From Trichoplax sp. H2 (lineage: Eukaryota), in assembly GCA_003344405.1 (NCBI GenBank), contig NOWV01000169.1, forward strand, positions 1-64,000: a stretch of 64,000 bases of DNA, read 5' to 3'. Each line of letters opens with the position of its first letter. The stretch's first letter is position 1. Shown here piece by piece: positions 27,646 through 39,845 of this stretch. The notes beneath the pieces were generated by a model that worked only from the letters and a program-made list of their open reading frames with translations, had not been told where the DNA came from and did not search any database. The position numbers were made by a program, and so were the translations under genes.

Positions 27646-30415
27646 ATGTCATCCAAGTTGCTTTCCAGGGCAGCATTTCTCCGTGGTCAAGTGCGTGCAC
27701 GTACGACTGTTTCACTATTTATTTATTTCAATGATCTTTAACTATAATAACCGACTTTCATTGCCAAGAGCGATATTTGCAAGATTACTCGAGCGTGATA
27801 CGAGTACAGCAATACGAGCTTACTCGTGCAGCATTTTAAAATAAATAAAATGAAATTAAAATTAATCATTAAACATCTATTGGATGCGTAAGCTCTCTTG
27901 TTTTGCAACACACTACAGTACGATTTTGTATAATTAACAGCGGTTTTTTTCCATTGTATACGGGTTACTTTATAGATTTTTCAAATATCTCGTATTCCGA
28001 AAGTCACTTCTCAATTATGTACAGATTACTTCCGAATTCGTTTAACTTTGAGGAAGGTACAATTCCAATGTTCTACCTATACAACATTTTGTGCTAGTTA
28101 TGATGTACAGTATCAGCTTTTTCTTACAGAATTTTTCTAACCAAAATCAAAAAGAAACTGATCAGTATTTGAATGCTTGCTCTTATAGGGATTTTGTAAC
28201 AAAATTGGTAAGACACGAGATCTCGGGGCATCGGATAAAATCATTGGGTACTGGTTGTTAGGATGTTCCGGATTAGTTTTTGGAGCCGTTATTCTTGGTG
28301 GAATAACCCGTTTGACAGAATCTGGATTGTCTATGGTTAGATGGCATATTATCAAAGGTATGAAACCCCCAAGTTGTCATGAGGAATGGTTAAAGGAGTT
28401 TGAGACTTACAAGTTGTATCCGGAATACAAATTGTAAGTATGTTACTAGATCTTCAGATATGTAATTCAAACTTTTACAGTAATATTTATGTTTTAAATT
28501 AACTGTAAATTCGCTATTGATCCAATAGATATCAGGGTTGGTGTACTAAATCTTTTTAAAGAATAATTTGTTTATGATTATAGCTCGATCATATGAGCGT
28601 ACCTTTATAATATAATAATAAAGCAGAAAAGGAAATGTTAATCTTCTGTTCACTAAAGTAGTATGCAATAACTTTTCTTATTAAATTAGTGGAATACTAC
28701 AGTAGGCACGATAGTATCTCATTCGCGAAGCTTCGATTTGGCTTAGTATGCTTTACAGTTCTATAAACATGGTCATCTGTTTCTGTACTATACGGTAGCT
28801 GATGCTTGTAAATAAATATAAATTAAATATAATGGTGAATGGACAGTAACAAGGAATTTCGTACTCATGGTAACAGTGATAACATGCCAATAAGCTTTTT
28901 GGGTTGATAAAAAAGTGTCATATCATTTCGTTTGATTTAAATGGGATTTAAGCTTACTGTAATTCACTTTATAACTATGATAAAGTATTGCATTTACAGT
29001 TAGATTTGTGATGTAAAATTTTTTGGTATTTATTTCTTACAGCTCGAAACATAATATTACGCTGGAAGAATTCAAACGAATCTTTTACATGGAATATTTG
29101 CATAGAATGTGGGGTCGCTTAATTGGAGTTGCTTTCGCGGTACCAGCGGTATATTTCTTAAGTAGAGGACGAATCTCGAAGGCTATGAAACCTAGACTCG
29201 CTATATATTTTTCTTTGCTAGTTTTTCAGGTATTAACGTATAAATTTTATTCTCGTCCTAAACGCTACATGAACTGCAAATTGTTCATAATGTGGTTAAT
29301 GAGCATTTCTAATGCTGCTACCTCAGGGTTTACTTGGATGGCATATGGTCAAAAGTGGTTTAGTGGAGGATAATCGGACACGTAGTATACCTCGTGTGAG
29401 TCAGTATAGACTTATGGCTCATCTAGGGTCAGCTTTTCTGTTGTATGCCGGCTTATTTTGGAGTGGACTATCGTATCTTATCAAGCCTAAACAAGTATGG
29501 TTTGTTCGCTTTTGATCCTGAAATCTATATATTGATACGAACATTTGCATTTATTGAAATCTAGTTATCAGAGAGCCCAAAATTAAAAGCGCTGCGAATT
29601 CTAAGCCATGGAAATTTAGGAATAATTTTTACCACAGTTTTAGCCGGTTAGAATTTACAATTTGTTTAGAGTTTCAGGGTTCTATATATGGATCTCTCTA
29701 GATAATAATTAAACTTTCACAGTTGTTTGATACCTGCGGTAAACTTAATGCATTCTACATCACTACAATCCTTGTTGAGAGTAGGTGCAATTGTGGCTGG
29801 TTTGGATGCCGGCTTGGTGTATAACTCATTTCCAAAAATGGCTGGTAAGTGGATACCCGAAGACATTATGGCCATCTCGCCAAAATGGAGAAATTTTACG
29901 GAAAACTCAACAACTGCTCAATTCACCCATCGTGTTCTAGTTAGTTCTTAACGTCTTAATGTCCTATTATAAATAATTGGTCATAGTAAATGCTTCAATG
30001 AGCAAGAATATAACAGTGCATATTAGATTGATACTGGCTATGTACGTATGTATTTACTGATCTAATATACACGAAATTTTGATTTAGGGTCTAACAACTC
30101 TTACAAGTATTTTTGGTTTATGGTGCTTTGCCAGGCCATTGACGTTACCGAGGCGAGCTCGTCTAGCGACGAACTGCTTATTAGCTATGTCTGGAGTGCA
30201 GGTAAATACTACATAAATCATTTCAAATAATTATAACTATACTTACCGAATTTAATCATTTTTTAATTATAATAAACTCAAAGGTTTCACTGGGAATTAC
30301 TACGCTGCTGTACTATGTACCAACCCCGTTAGCAGCTTCCCATCAAGCTGGCTCATTGCTTTTATTTACGAATGCGTTATGGCTTGCGTACGAACTGAGA
30401 AAGATGAAATTTTAA
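27646..30415 (+). CDS. COX15: Heme A synthase / cytochrome c oxidase assembly protein COX15, about 9 exons
   Basis: Presequence-like start [15 protein letters not shown], then [93 protein letters not shown]. Stop TAA at 30413-30415. Confidence 0.96.
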
Positions 30416-31022
30416 ATCTCTTTCTATATAAATCATGCAGCTTCTACCGAAGATGGATGTTAATTGTAGCGGAAATCTAAGTAGTCTGCGTGCAAGCTTA
30501 GATTCATACAATAAACTGAATCATCTTTTCGTCTGATAGGTCGGTGAAAAGTAGCCGAAAAGATAAATTTATTTATTGTCTTAAAAAATCTGATGGGTTG
30601 TGTAATAGAACAGATACACATTAGAGAAGTTTAATGGTTATCACTCTCATGAGAACCTTTTTAGGCTATCTACAAGAAATAGCTGGGATGGGTAAATTAT
30701 AAAGAGTCAAGGAGTTATCATACAGTGAATTAATTCGCACTTTTAAAATATCGAAATCGTAATTAGATGAATGTAAAACTTTATTATAGATCACTGATAG
30801 ATTATAGTTATAAATATTAAAACTTTTGAATACAATTTAAAGATTTTTAAATTCGGATATACATCTGAAACGTAGGAGAGATGTATAAAAATTTACCATA
30901 AATCTTCATAAAGAGTGGTACGGTATTATTTGCACGCGTCTATATGACATAACCAGATATACATCATGAATGATTAGAGCCTTGTAATCAATGCAACAAG
31001 CTTGTAACTTATTTCTACATTG

Positions 31023-34000
31023 TTATAGTAAAAATACTCGTTTTAATTCGCTAAACGGGTAACTAGTATTAGTTCGTGGACAGATTACTGTTCCATGGTT
31101 AGAATCGGCTAATTTCAGTAGAGCCTGTATAAACATATGAAGTCAAAAAGCTCACGACAAATCACAAGAAATTCTAATCTTTGGCATAAATAAAACCATC
31201 AAGGAAATTCAATTATTTTTCGTTATGTCGCACCTTCTCGCTGTAAACCATTCCATTTGGCAACATCATTGGAGGATTGTTACCATTCATTTCTTCGCCA
31301 CTTATTCTGCATACCAAGCGTGAGTGAGAACAGTGCGAAAATGGCAGAGTTCGAGCTATTTCATTGAAGTTACTGCTACATATTGGACATTGCAAACTCT
31401 TCTTGTTTTCGTCGTAGCAGTCACTGTGCATCCGTAGTTAAGGAACTAAAATCTTGCAGTAGCAATCTTTACTGTTATAAAATATATCTTATGCAGTAAC
31501 TTCAGTACAATTTACAGCTTTTTAACTTAAGTAAATACAGTACAACAATATAGCTAAAACTGCGTAATGTTGACATATGATACGGAGTTTTTAAAGACGC
31601 CAGACCAACTTGAAGGATAACAGAGAACATTGATCGTTCTTTAAGTTGATACAAGGAAAAAATATCATCCCGAAACTGTCGCAGTAACATTTTCCATCGC
31701 TGTGGATCATACATATCCTAAAGAACAATATCATTATTTTACAACAAACACAGCACTGAGTTGCTTCATGGTACCGTAATGTACATATTTCTTTACAAAA
31801 TTTTGCTGACGAAAAGAATCATACCAGGACTACTGAAGATAAAGAGTCGTTTTCTGTCTCCCTTTTGCTTCAGTAGTCCCTGCCGTATGCAGCGTGATAC
31901 GGGTGCAGTTATAGTGTTTAAATATAGGCCTATGACATAAAGTATACTAAACTATCAGCTGTATGTACACATGTGTTTCCAGATACCAATTTACTGTTAC
32001 GTACAAATCAGAGTCGACTATGGGTACAATTGTACTTCGTGCAGTCATTAGGAAATGATAGTAAGGTTAAGGGCAGAAAAGATACATAGACAATAGATTA
32101 TTACAGTATAACTGTAGCTTGCAAGTGAAAGCGAAGGAAATAGTAAATATTTTCTAAAAGAAAGTGCGATGAAGTGTATGATGGTATTGATATCAAGACA
32201 GCATACACGATCATAAACGTACTTGGTACGGTTGACAATTGGTATCTATCTGAAAAGCCAATAACCCCATTGCACGCTTCATTAAGTCACAGCTGCTTGA
32301 ATCTATATTAGAAAAGTGTCGCCTTGCGTACCTGCATATTGATCAATAATTCATACTTTTAATTGCAGATTACACTATATGTGGTCAAACATGAAGATAG
32401 TATTGTAATATACGCTATACTCATTGCTTACTTTACTGCATCTAATCGCTTTCCTTCCCGGATGAGTTCGATAAATTCTTGCATTCGTAAATTAAACTCT
32501 AACGTGCTCTAAACGTGATGTAATTCCGTTTTGTAATCATTATAAAAACAAACCCGTATAAATAGGTATAAAGTGAAATCGTGGTACCAATAAATGAACG
32601 ATACTAGCCTAGCATACTTATATTCAATTCTACGTACAGTACCTTAATTTTTTTTAATCTGGACCTATTATCAATACACCAGTTTAAGCATAAAGTGATA
32701 TTATTAGCTTGCAAGGAAGCTTCAATTTTTCGCGCAACGGTGAAGATTTCGATGTTGCACAGCCCCTAAAATTAGTAATGTTAAAATAAAAATCTTTAGG
32801 ATAAAGCTACGAAAATTAACTACTTAATTAGTAAACACTGGCAAGCATCTTACTACGATGTCAATTACAGCTAGGCGCAATAATTACTTAATAGTTCGTT
32901 AACTGAACAGCACATTGCTGTATATTGCATCAAACCTCAATATCAGATTCTTCCATGAGATCAATTGCAGCCTTGTAATATCCTTGTCGTAATAGATGAT
33001 CAACTATAAAACGATTGCAGCGTTTCCTCTGCCACATAGTAACTGTAAAATCATTTTCAGGCAAATCTTTCCTGACTTGATCCATTCTATCTTGCAAATG
33101 GCTAATTCTTAATTTACAGTTCTTAATACATCCTTGCTCTTGCTGGTAACAATCATCAGCCTTTAGGAATAAAGGATTATTAGTTGTTGAACAGTGAGAT
33201 CTTTAGCGATATGAATACTGTCTAAATATAACAAAATTTAGCTCCTTCTCTTAAACATTTTAATTAACCTTTCTTTTCAAAGCAGTTAGTTTCTGAACAA
33301 CACCTCCTAGAAAATCGGCGACTGAATCGATAGACTGGTTCTGTGAATCTGAAGAGCAATGTAGTATATCATTACTTCCTCCTAACACATTAGCAACTTC
33401 TCTATCGATTGCCTTTTGAGCAGTTCTGAATTTCTTGTTGAGGATCTCGTACGGTACCTAAGTAACGGTAGTTTATTTACAGTTAATAAGTTAAAAGTAA
33501 TACCAGTATAGCTTATAGCTAGCTATCGGATACTGACAATAACAGTACTTCCGATCCTAGAGAAATCATCTACGATCTGTAGTGTACATTCGTAACGTTA
33601 ACGACTACCATATCTTTGGCCGTAAGGTGATATACAGCTTATTAAGTGTAAATAATGGCATGAGTATAATAATTTTTACACTTTTTTTACTGTGATTTTA
33701 AACAGGATTCTTTCATCACACTGGCACAGTATTTGGATCATATGCAAGTATTTATTTTATATGTAGTGCTGGTATAAAATTACGAACTGCATTGTCTACA
33801 AAATAACCAGAACCAGCGAAAGACGCCAAAAACTCTGTATTAACCTACGTGTAATTGTTATTACAGGTAATTGAAATTTTTGGCAGTAAGCGGAACAAAT
33901 GTCGGACGATTTGGTACAGTGTTAATTTTCATATTTAGTATAATAATATAGCAAGTAAAGAAAGTACTGCGAACAAAACATTCAACCATTCTACCATCAA

Positions 34001-34189
34001 AAGCAATTGTCGTCCATCTGCACTTACTTTACTGCACTAAATAGCAAAGGAGTAACTGGTTTATAAAATTTCTCGTACAGCAGATTAATTATATAGTTAT
34101 CCGTTCATTGCAGTTCCTACTTTTAATGTTGAATGTTCCAGGGCTCGGATGTCAGGATATTCCCTCCTTGCAGCTTCTTTATCAACCAT
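31023..34189 (-). CDS. MAEA: CTLH/GID E3 ligase RING subunit MAEA (Gid9/Fyv10)
   Basis: Spliced [43 protein letters not shown]...[20 protein letters not shown]...[17 protein letters not shown]...[12 protein letters not shown]...CPICS...[41 protein letters not shown]...VICPRT...KRVFLL*. Confidence 0.94.
31825..31882. mobile_element. Small hairpin MITE-like element in a MAEA intron
   Basis: GGACTACTGAAG (31827-31838) and CTTCAGTAGTCC (31868-31879) form a perfect 12-bp inverted repeat. Confidence 0.6.
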
Positions 34190-34309
34190 CTCTTTTCAAG
34201 ATTCCTTACTGGCAGTCTCTTAAGATTCCTATTTGCTAAAATGCCTGAAGTACAATCACTGTCAGAATCTTAGAAAAGGTGCATCACGAAATGACGCTTG
34301 TGTTATTCT

Positions 34310-34520
34310 TACACTGTACTGTACGTACGTACTGTACAGTACTATCGTACAGTATTAGTACAGCGTAACTCCATTTTATTGATAAACAAATCCAATACAG
34401 TATACAGTACAGTACAGTACAAGTACAGTACAGTGTACATGCTACTGTAGCCAGCCAACTTGGTGGCTACTTTTGATAGCTTGTCAGCAGTCAGCACTAC
34501 TACAGTAAGTACAGTACTAC
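34310..34520. repeat. CAGTA/CTGTA cluster upstream of MAEA
   Basis: e.g. TACAGTATACAGTACAGTACAGTACAAGTACAGTACAGTGTAC at about 34396-34438. Confidence 0.9.
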
Positions 34521-34623
34521 AATTACCGACGTGCACTCGAACCAAAGAGTGGTGTCAATGTAGTTAAAATGGCTAGCAAAAAGTCGACCTATTTTTCTAT
34601 ACGATATTGATGCGGTCTTGAAG

Positions 34624-34680
34624 CATGGAATACTAGAAGAAGAAGGCAGGGTCTCCTTCGTTTTCTTCTAGTAGTCCATG
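34624..34680. mobile_element. Small hairpin MITE-like element (terminal inverted repeat about CATGGACTACTAGAAG)
   Basis: CATGGAATACTAGAAGAAGAAGG...CCTTCGTTTTCTTCTAGTAGTCCATG. Relatives at 31825-31882, 35720-35756 and 37004-37040. Confidence 0.65.
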
Positions 34681-34744
34681 GTCTTTTTCAAAATGTGCCA
34701 TGTACATTGTACGGTATACCAGGCCAGGGTAACAGAAAGAAAGA

Positions 34745-35330
34745 GGGATTGTTAACGATTTTCATTGAAAAATGTGATCGCTGACTGTTTTGCTAGTCAT
34801 TTCGCTATATCGGAAGACTGGAACCGTATACTATGCGTAACCAACATGGTAGCTACTTCGGACTTCGGAGCATAGCCGTAAACAGTACTGTACTGTACTG
34901 TACTGTATACGTACAATCGTCGTACAAGTTAGACGGTAAGCCTCTTTGATGAAAGTAATAGTAATTTAGTGTACTGTACTGTACAGTTCGAAACTGACGC
35001 ACGGGATATACGATTGTACTGTATACTGGAGTTTCTAACCTTAAAATAGCTGAAAAGCTGACATTTGCATATATTAGAAAAATTAAAATTTTAATTTAAT
35101 AATGTAATATTTTTGATTGAAATCCAAGTTGTGTACTTTTTAAGGNNNNNNNNNNNNNNNNNNNNGGGATTGTTAACGATTTTCATTGAAAAATGTGATG
35201 GCTGACTGTTCTGCTAGTCATTTCGCTATATCGGAAGACTGGAACCGTATACTATGCGTAACCAACATGGTAGCTACTTCGGACTTCGGAGCATAGCCGT
35301 AAACAGTACTGTACTGTACTGTACTGTATA
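34745..35330. repeat. Gap-flanking duplicated segments: 34745-34909 ~ 35166-35330 and 34910-35145 ~ 57545-57785
   Basis: Direct sequence comparison shows near identity with a few SNPs and indels. Runs of 20 N at 35146-35165 and 36231-36250. Confidence 0.93.
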
Positions 35331-35577
35331 GTACGGAATATACTGTGTACAGTGTACAGTACTGTATGTATCATTTCATATCATATGCGTTCACTATCTT
35401 TCAATATTGGCTGGCAGGGGGATTTTGGGAGAGAAGTATAAATTTTTTCATGAGTAGGCCCTGTTTACTGTACGTATGACTTTTAAATTGCTTCGTTTAG
35501 AACTTCAAACTGATGTAGGTGAGGCTTACAATGATCTTAAGAGTCACTTTGGCTGGTTTCAGGGGAAGCCTAGAGTA

Positions 35578-35621
35578 ACATTATCGTAAACCGTCAGCAA
35601 AGCGACGGGAGTTTGTACTAG
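35578..35621 (+). mobile_element. Helitron-like 3' end fragment
   Basis: ACATTATCGTAAACCGTCAGCAAAGCGACGGGAGTTTGTACTAG|T. Confidence 0.7.
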
Positions 35622-36204
35622 TGTTAATAAAAAAAATAAAATGTTGAACCTCCAGGTTTATCATGGACAGAAACATACTGTAGTATGCTTACTACTGTAC
35701 AGTACAGTACAGTACTGTACCATAGGCTGCTAGAAGAAGACTCTAGTAGTCCATGGCGGTAAAGCTTACTGTACAGTACTGTACAGTGTACAGTACAGTA
35801 CAGTACAGTACAGTACATAAGTGCGGATGCTAACTACCTTAGGCGGGTTGGTGTTTAGTACCGTGTTACTACTGTACCGTAGCAAAGACTGCTTGAGTTA
35901 GTGAAGTTGAGTCATCGCACGTGTGATGATGATACGGTGTATTAGGCACCGTACACTAGAGTACTGTACTTTACTGTACTGTACAGTACAGTGCATCTAG
36001 TGTTGTTTAATTAACTAATACTGTACAGTACAGCAAACCAGATTCCTCAACCTCAATCGCACTTCTATTTAATGTCAACTGAAATTACGGTACTGTACTG
36101 TACAGGTTCGAAACTATACTGCACTAACGGCAAACGGCAGTGCAGAACTTTACAAACGTTAGAAGATTTTTTTTAGAGTTGGGACATCATTATTATATCG
36201 TGCT

Positions 36205-36230
36205 ATGTCGGAAGCAGGCCCTCCACAACA
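36205..36230 (+). other. Second (allelic or duplicated) copy of the ATP5MK start, cut by an N gap
   Basis: ATGTCGGAAGCAGGCCCTCCACAACA is identical to 37459-37484. The region 35325-36230 is a polymorphic copy of 36631-37484. Confidence 0.9.
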
Positions 36231-36267
36231 NNNNNNNNNNNNNNNNNNNNTATATATAATAATGTAC

Positions 36268-36355
36268 CGGCCAGTAAATGAGATGATTGCAAGAAATGAA
36301 TGGCGGTTATTGGAGATGATATTGCTAACTGCTTGGCAATCACTTCTTTGGCCAT
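36268..36355 (-). other. Second (allelic or duplicated) copy of WDR6 exon 1
   Basis: The region 36251-36629 is a polymorphic copy of 57192-57550. The 88-nt exon matches 57209-57296. Confidence 0.9.
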
Positions 36356-36880
36356 TACTCTTGCATTAGTGTCTAGTATTCAGTAGTACACCAAAAGTTT
36401 TTACTAGATGCTGCAGCAGTGTGTCGTATACTACTGTGCAGTATATAGCAATTGGCTCTTTATGTTTTTATTACTTTTTATTGCAGTATTTAGTATTATT
36501 AAGTAATTTTATTATTGTAGTATTGACAGACCGCGACATATATACAGTTGTTTAATAAAGTAATATACCATCATTTTCAGATGGGTGTCCGGCCATCCGT
36601 TTTCACGTGACGTACTGTACATTCGTACATTGTATAGTACGTAACATACTGTACTGTACACTGTACAGTATGTATCATTTCATATCATATGCGTTCAATA
36701 TCTTTCAATATTGGCTGGCAGGGGGATTTTGGGAGAGAAGTATAAATTTTTTCATGAGTAGGCCCTGTTTACTGTACGTATGACTTTTAAATTGCTTCGT
36801 TTAGAACTTAAACTGATGTAGGTGAGGCTTACAATGATCTTAAGAGTCACTTTGGTTGGTTTCAGGGGAAGCCTAGAGTA

Positions 36881-36924
36881 ACATTATCGTAAACCGTCAG
36901 CAAAGCGACGGGAGTTTGTACTAG
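36881..36924 (+). mobile_element. Helitron-like 3' end fragment (counterpart of 35578-35621 in the duplicated segment)
   Basis: Same 44-nt sequence with the same flanks. Confidence 0.7.
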
Positions 36925-37458
36925 TGTTAATAAAAAAAAATAAAATGTTGAACCTCCAGGTTTATCATGGAAAGAAACATAGTATACTTACTACTGTACT
37001 GTACCATAGGCTGCTAGAAGAAGACTCTAGTAGTCCATGGCGGTAAAGCTTACTGTACTGTACTACAGTACATAAGTGCGGATGCTAACTAACTTAGGCG
37101 GGTTGGTGTTAGTACCGTGTTACTACTGTACCGTAGCAAAGACTGCTTGAGTTAGTGAAGTTGAGTCATCGCACGTGTGATGATGATACGGTGTACAGTA
37201 TTAGGCACCGTACACTAGAGTACTGTACTGTACTGTACAGTGCATCTAGTGTTGTTTAATTAACTAATACAGTACAGTACTGTACTGTACAGCAAACCAG
37301 ATTCCTCAACCTCAATCGCACTTCTATTTAAGGTCAACTGAAATTACGGTACTGTACAGGTTCGAAACTATACTGCACTAACAGCAAACGGCAGTGCAGA
37401 ACTTTACAAACGTTAGAAGATTTTTTTTAGAGTTGGGACATCATTATTATATCGTGCT

Positions 37459-38199
37459 ATGTCGGAAGCAGGCCCTCCACAACAGTTTCAAGGTTGGCAG
37501 CGTTATTTTAATTCCAGCACCATAGCTGGTAAAAGAAATGTAAGTATGGTACTGTATGTACGGTACATCTCATATTCTCATTTACGTTGTCACGTTACTG
37601 TACTGTGCTACCGCAAAATTTGTACATACCGAGCTCATTTATATGGTAATACTCGATTGTTTTTGAACATAAACGTGCAATAGGGTTCGGTTAGGGTTAC
37701 TAGCTAAAGGTTACACTGTTTTATACTTTTACACCGTAGTAAAGTAGTAATTCTGAAATTAAAGTCTGACATCGCTTAGAAAGTTCGAAATAGTGTTATT
37801 ATATACTGTAGTTCATCTGCTCTGTTCATGACTGGAGTTTTACGGTAAGTGTCTCACTTTATTAGATCATTTAAATTTTGTTCTGCGGAAAGTTTATATC
37901 AAGATATAGAAAAGTAAATGGTAATGATCTTTAACTTACTACTAGTTAATTCGAAATATATCGAAGCTATAGAAATAAAGTTAATAATATTCGTGTATTG
38001 AACTTCTCAGTAGGCTAGTAATAGCTTATGTTGCTTGATCAATTTATAGTAAACGTGTGCATACGAGTATAAATGAATTACGCATATGTAACTATGGCAG
38101 ATTTCAAGATTCTTAATATTCTGCTTGTAGATCGTTCTTGCTACCTACGGAACTATCTTTGGATTCTATTGCATCTACCGTATGACTAAGAGAAAATAG
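37459..38199 (+). CDS. ATP5MK: ATP synthase membrane subunit k / DAPIT (USMG5), 2 exons
   Basis: Exons 37459-37539 and 38131-38199 give MSEAGPPQQFQGWQRYFNSSTIAGKRN/IVLATYGTIFGFYCIYRMTKRK*, matching the DAPIT pattern F-x-G-x-x-x-YFNS-x-T-x-x-G-x-x-N-x-VLATYG. Confidence 0.9.
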
Positions 38200-39782
38200 T
38201 GCTCGGGTTGACATGGCGCATGGTCACTAATGGTTACGCAACCCAAGGATCGTACATGATAAAAAGAAAAAACGCAGCAGCCAAACTTAGCCACCATAGA
38301 TGATGCAAGATCATATATTTTAAATCGAGTAAATAATATATTTATAATATAATCAAATTGCTATGTACCAATATACCAAATGTATGCGTGTTGTGGCTTT
38401 CTAAGATACTGTGATGAATGCTGGATTGGTGACTACGTATTTAGCCGTAATGTTCTGGTTTTGTTGTACATGTTAAGATTACGTGATAATCATAATCGGT
38501 GGGGTTATTAAGTTTGCTGATAGAATTTGATGCTCTTCGAAAGTGTTACTGATTTATCAATGTAAACTTAACCTGTTAGCTTGCTTAGTAGTTATTCGGT
38601 AAGAGTATAAAATAAAAAGAGAGCGTTTTAATACATATGGATTGTAGTTGAATTATCTACATGTGTATTCACAACTATATATCTGCCTCGGCAATCTTTC
38701 TTTAAAACCATCAATGGTTATTATTATTAATTGTCTAAATCGTGTGAGAACTGTCTATTATACATATTTGATTACTGATACAAATCTACTCCTGATCAGC
38801 ATTTTATTTTGTTTTAGTGATAACATTCTTCTACTTAGTACACGGCTTTTTCATCTTCGATCTTGATTTCAGGAAGTCTAATTACGTCATATGAAGTATT
38901 TGTATTGACAAATTATAGTTTATGCATTAGTAATAATTGTTATTACGCCTAAATTATTCCTATGTGATAATTAATTAGCCATAGTTATTTTAGGTGTAAT
39001 TAAGCGTATAAACTATATCATGCCTGTCACGACTGCAAGTTAAACTTAAAAAGATCTCCTTTACTTTCACGTTACCAACGAGTGGCCACAAATAGCAAAT
39101 TACCAACGAGCAACTTAATGACTTATTCAAATTTAATATAAGCAGAAGTCTCCCTTTCCTCTATCGTATCTCCTTTTTATATCATTACAGTTAATACATC
39201 AATACTCTATATTTGTAAGGTAAGTTAATAAAACCACGACAACAGTAAATCCCACGAGCAGCGCGGGGGGTATTTATGCTACTGTTAGATGACTCTGATT
39301 ATGGGTTCATTTCAATAGGTCAGTATAAGATTCTTACAGTACTTTTTACCTAAAGATTTCTTCATGTAAAACGAATAGCTCTAAGGTAGTAATTTCTACA
39401 GAGTACTGATTATTAAAATAGTATTCGTTATATCGTTAAGGGTGGCCACTGGGCCTTTAAATTTTGATTTGAGGTAATGCTCTGATGAAAATTGAATAAA
39501 CATAGAATCTTTATAGAGTTTTCTACACAGTTATTTTGATTGTTACATTTTCTTATGACGGTTGTTATCGACAGAGCAAGCTTTGCTTGCATACTCAATC
39601 GATCCTTAGACACATTATAATGATTGGTATAGTATTCACCACAGCACTAAGGACATTGTACCGCACTGTAGATATCTTACAGTACCTGCTAATCTTAACT
39701 TGGTATGTCCATCACCGTACAGTACATTAGTTATCATAATGCGCTTTGGATTATTAACTAATCTTAATATAGCATAGTACAT

Positions 39783-39845
39783 TACTATTAGCGGGATATA
39801 TAATATCGAATGATAATACTATCTGTTAATTTTATTAACAAATAG
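39783..39845 (+). mobile_element. Degenerate internal fragment of the same Helitron-like family
   Basis: CTATTAGCGGGATATATAATATCGAATGATAATACTATCTGTTAATTTTATTAACAAAT resembles 40266-40324. Confidence 0.6.

Noticed and set aside
36205-36355. ATP5MK and WDR6 fragments as pseudogenes
   Set aside because: Both are cut by an N gap and show no disabling changes, so they are better explained as ends of a second intact copy or allele.
37681-37713. TAGGGTTCGGTTAGGGTTAC telomere-like sequence in the ATP5MK intron
   Set aside because: Only about three degenerate units, too short to call an interstitial telomere.
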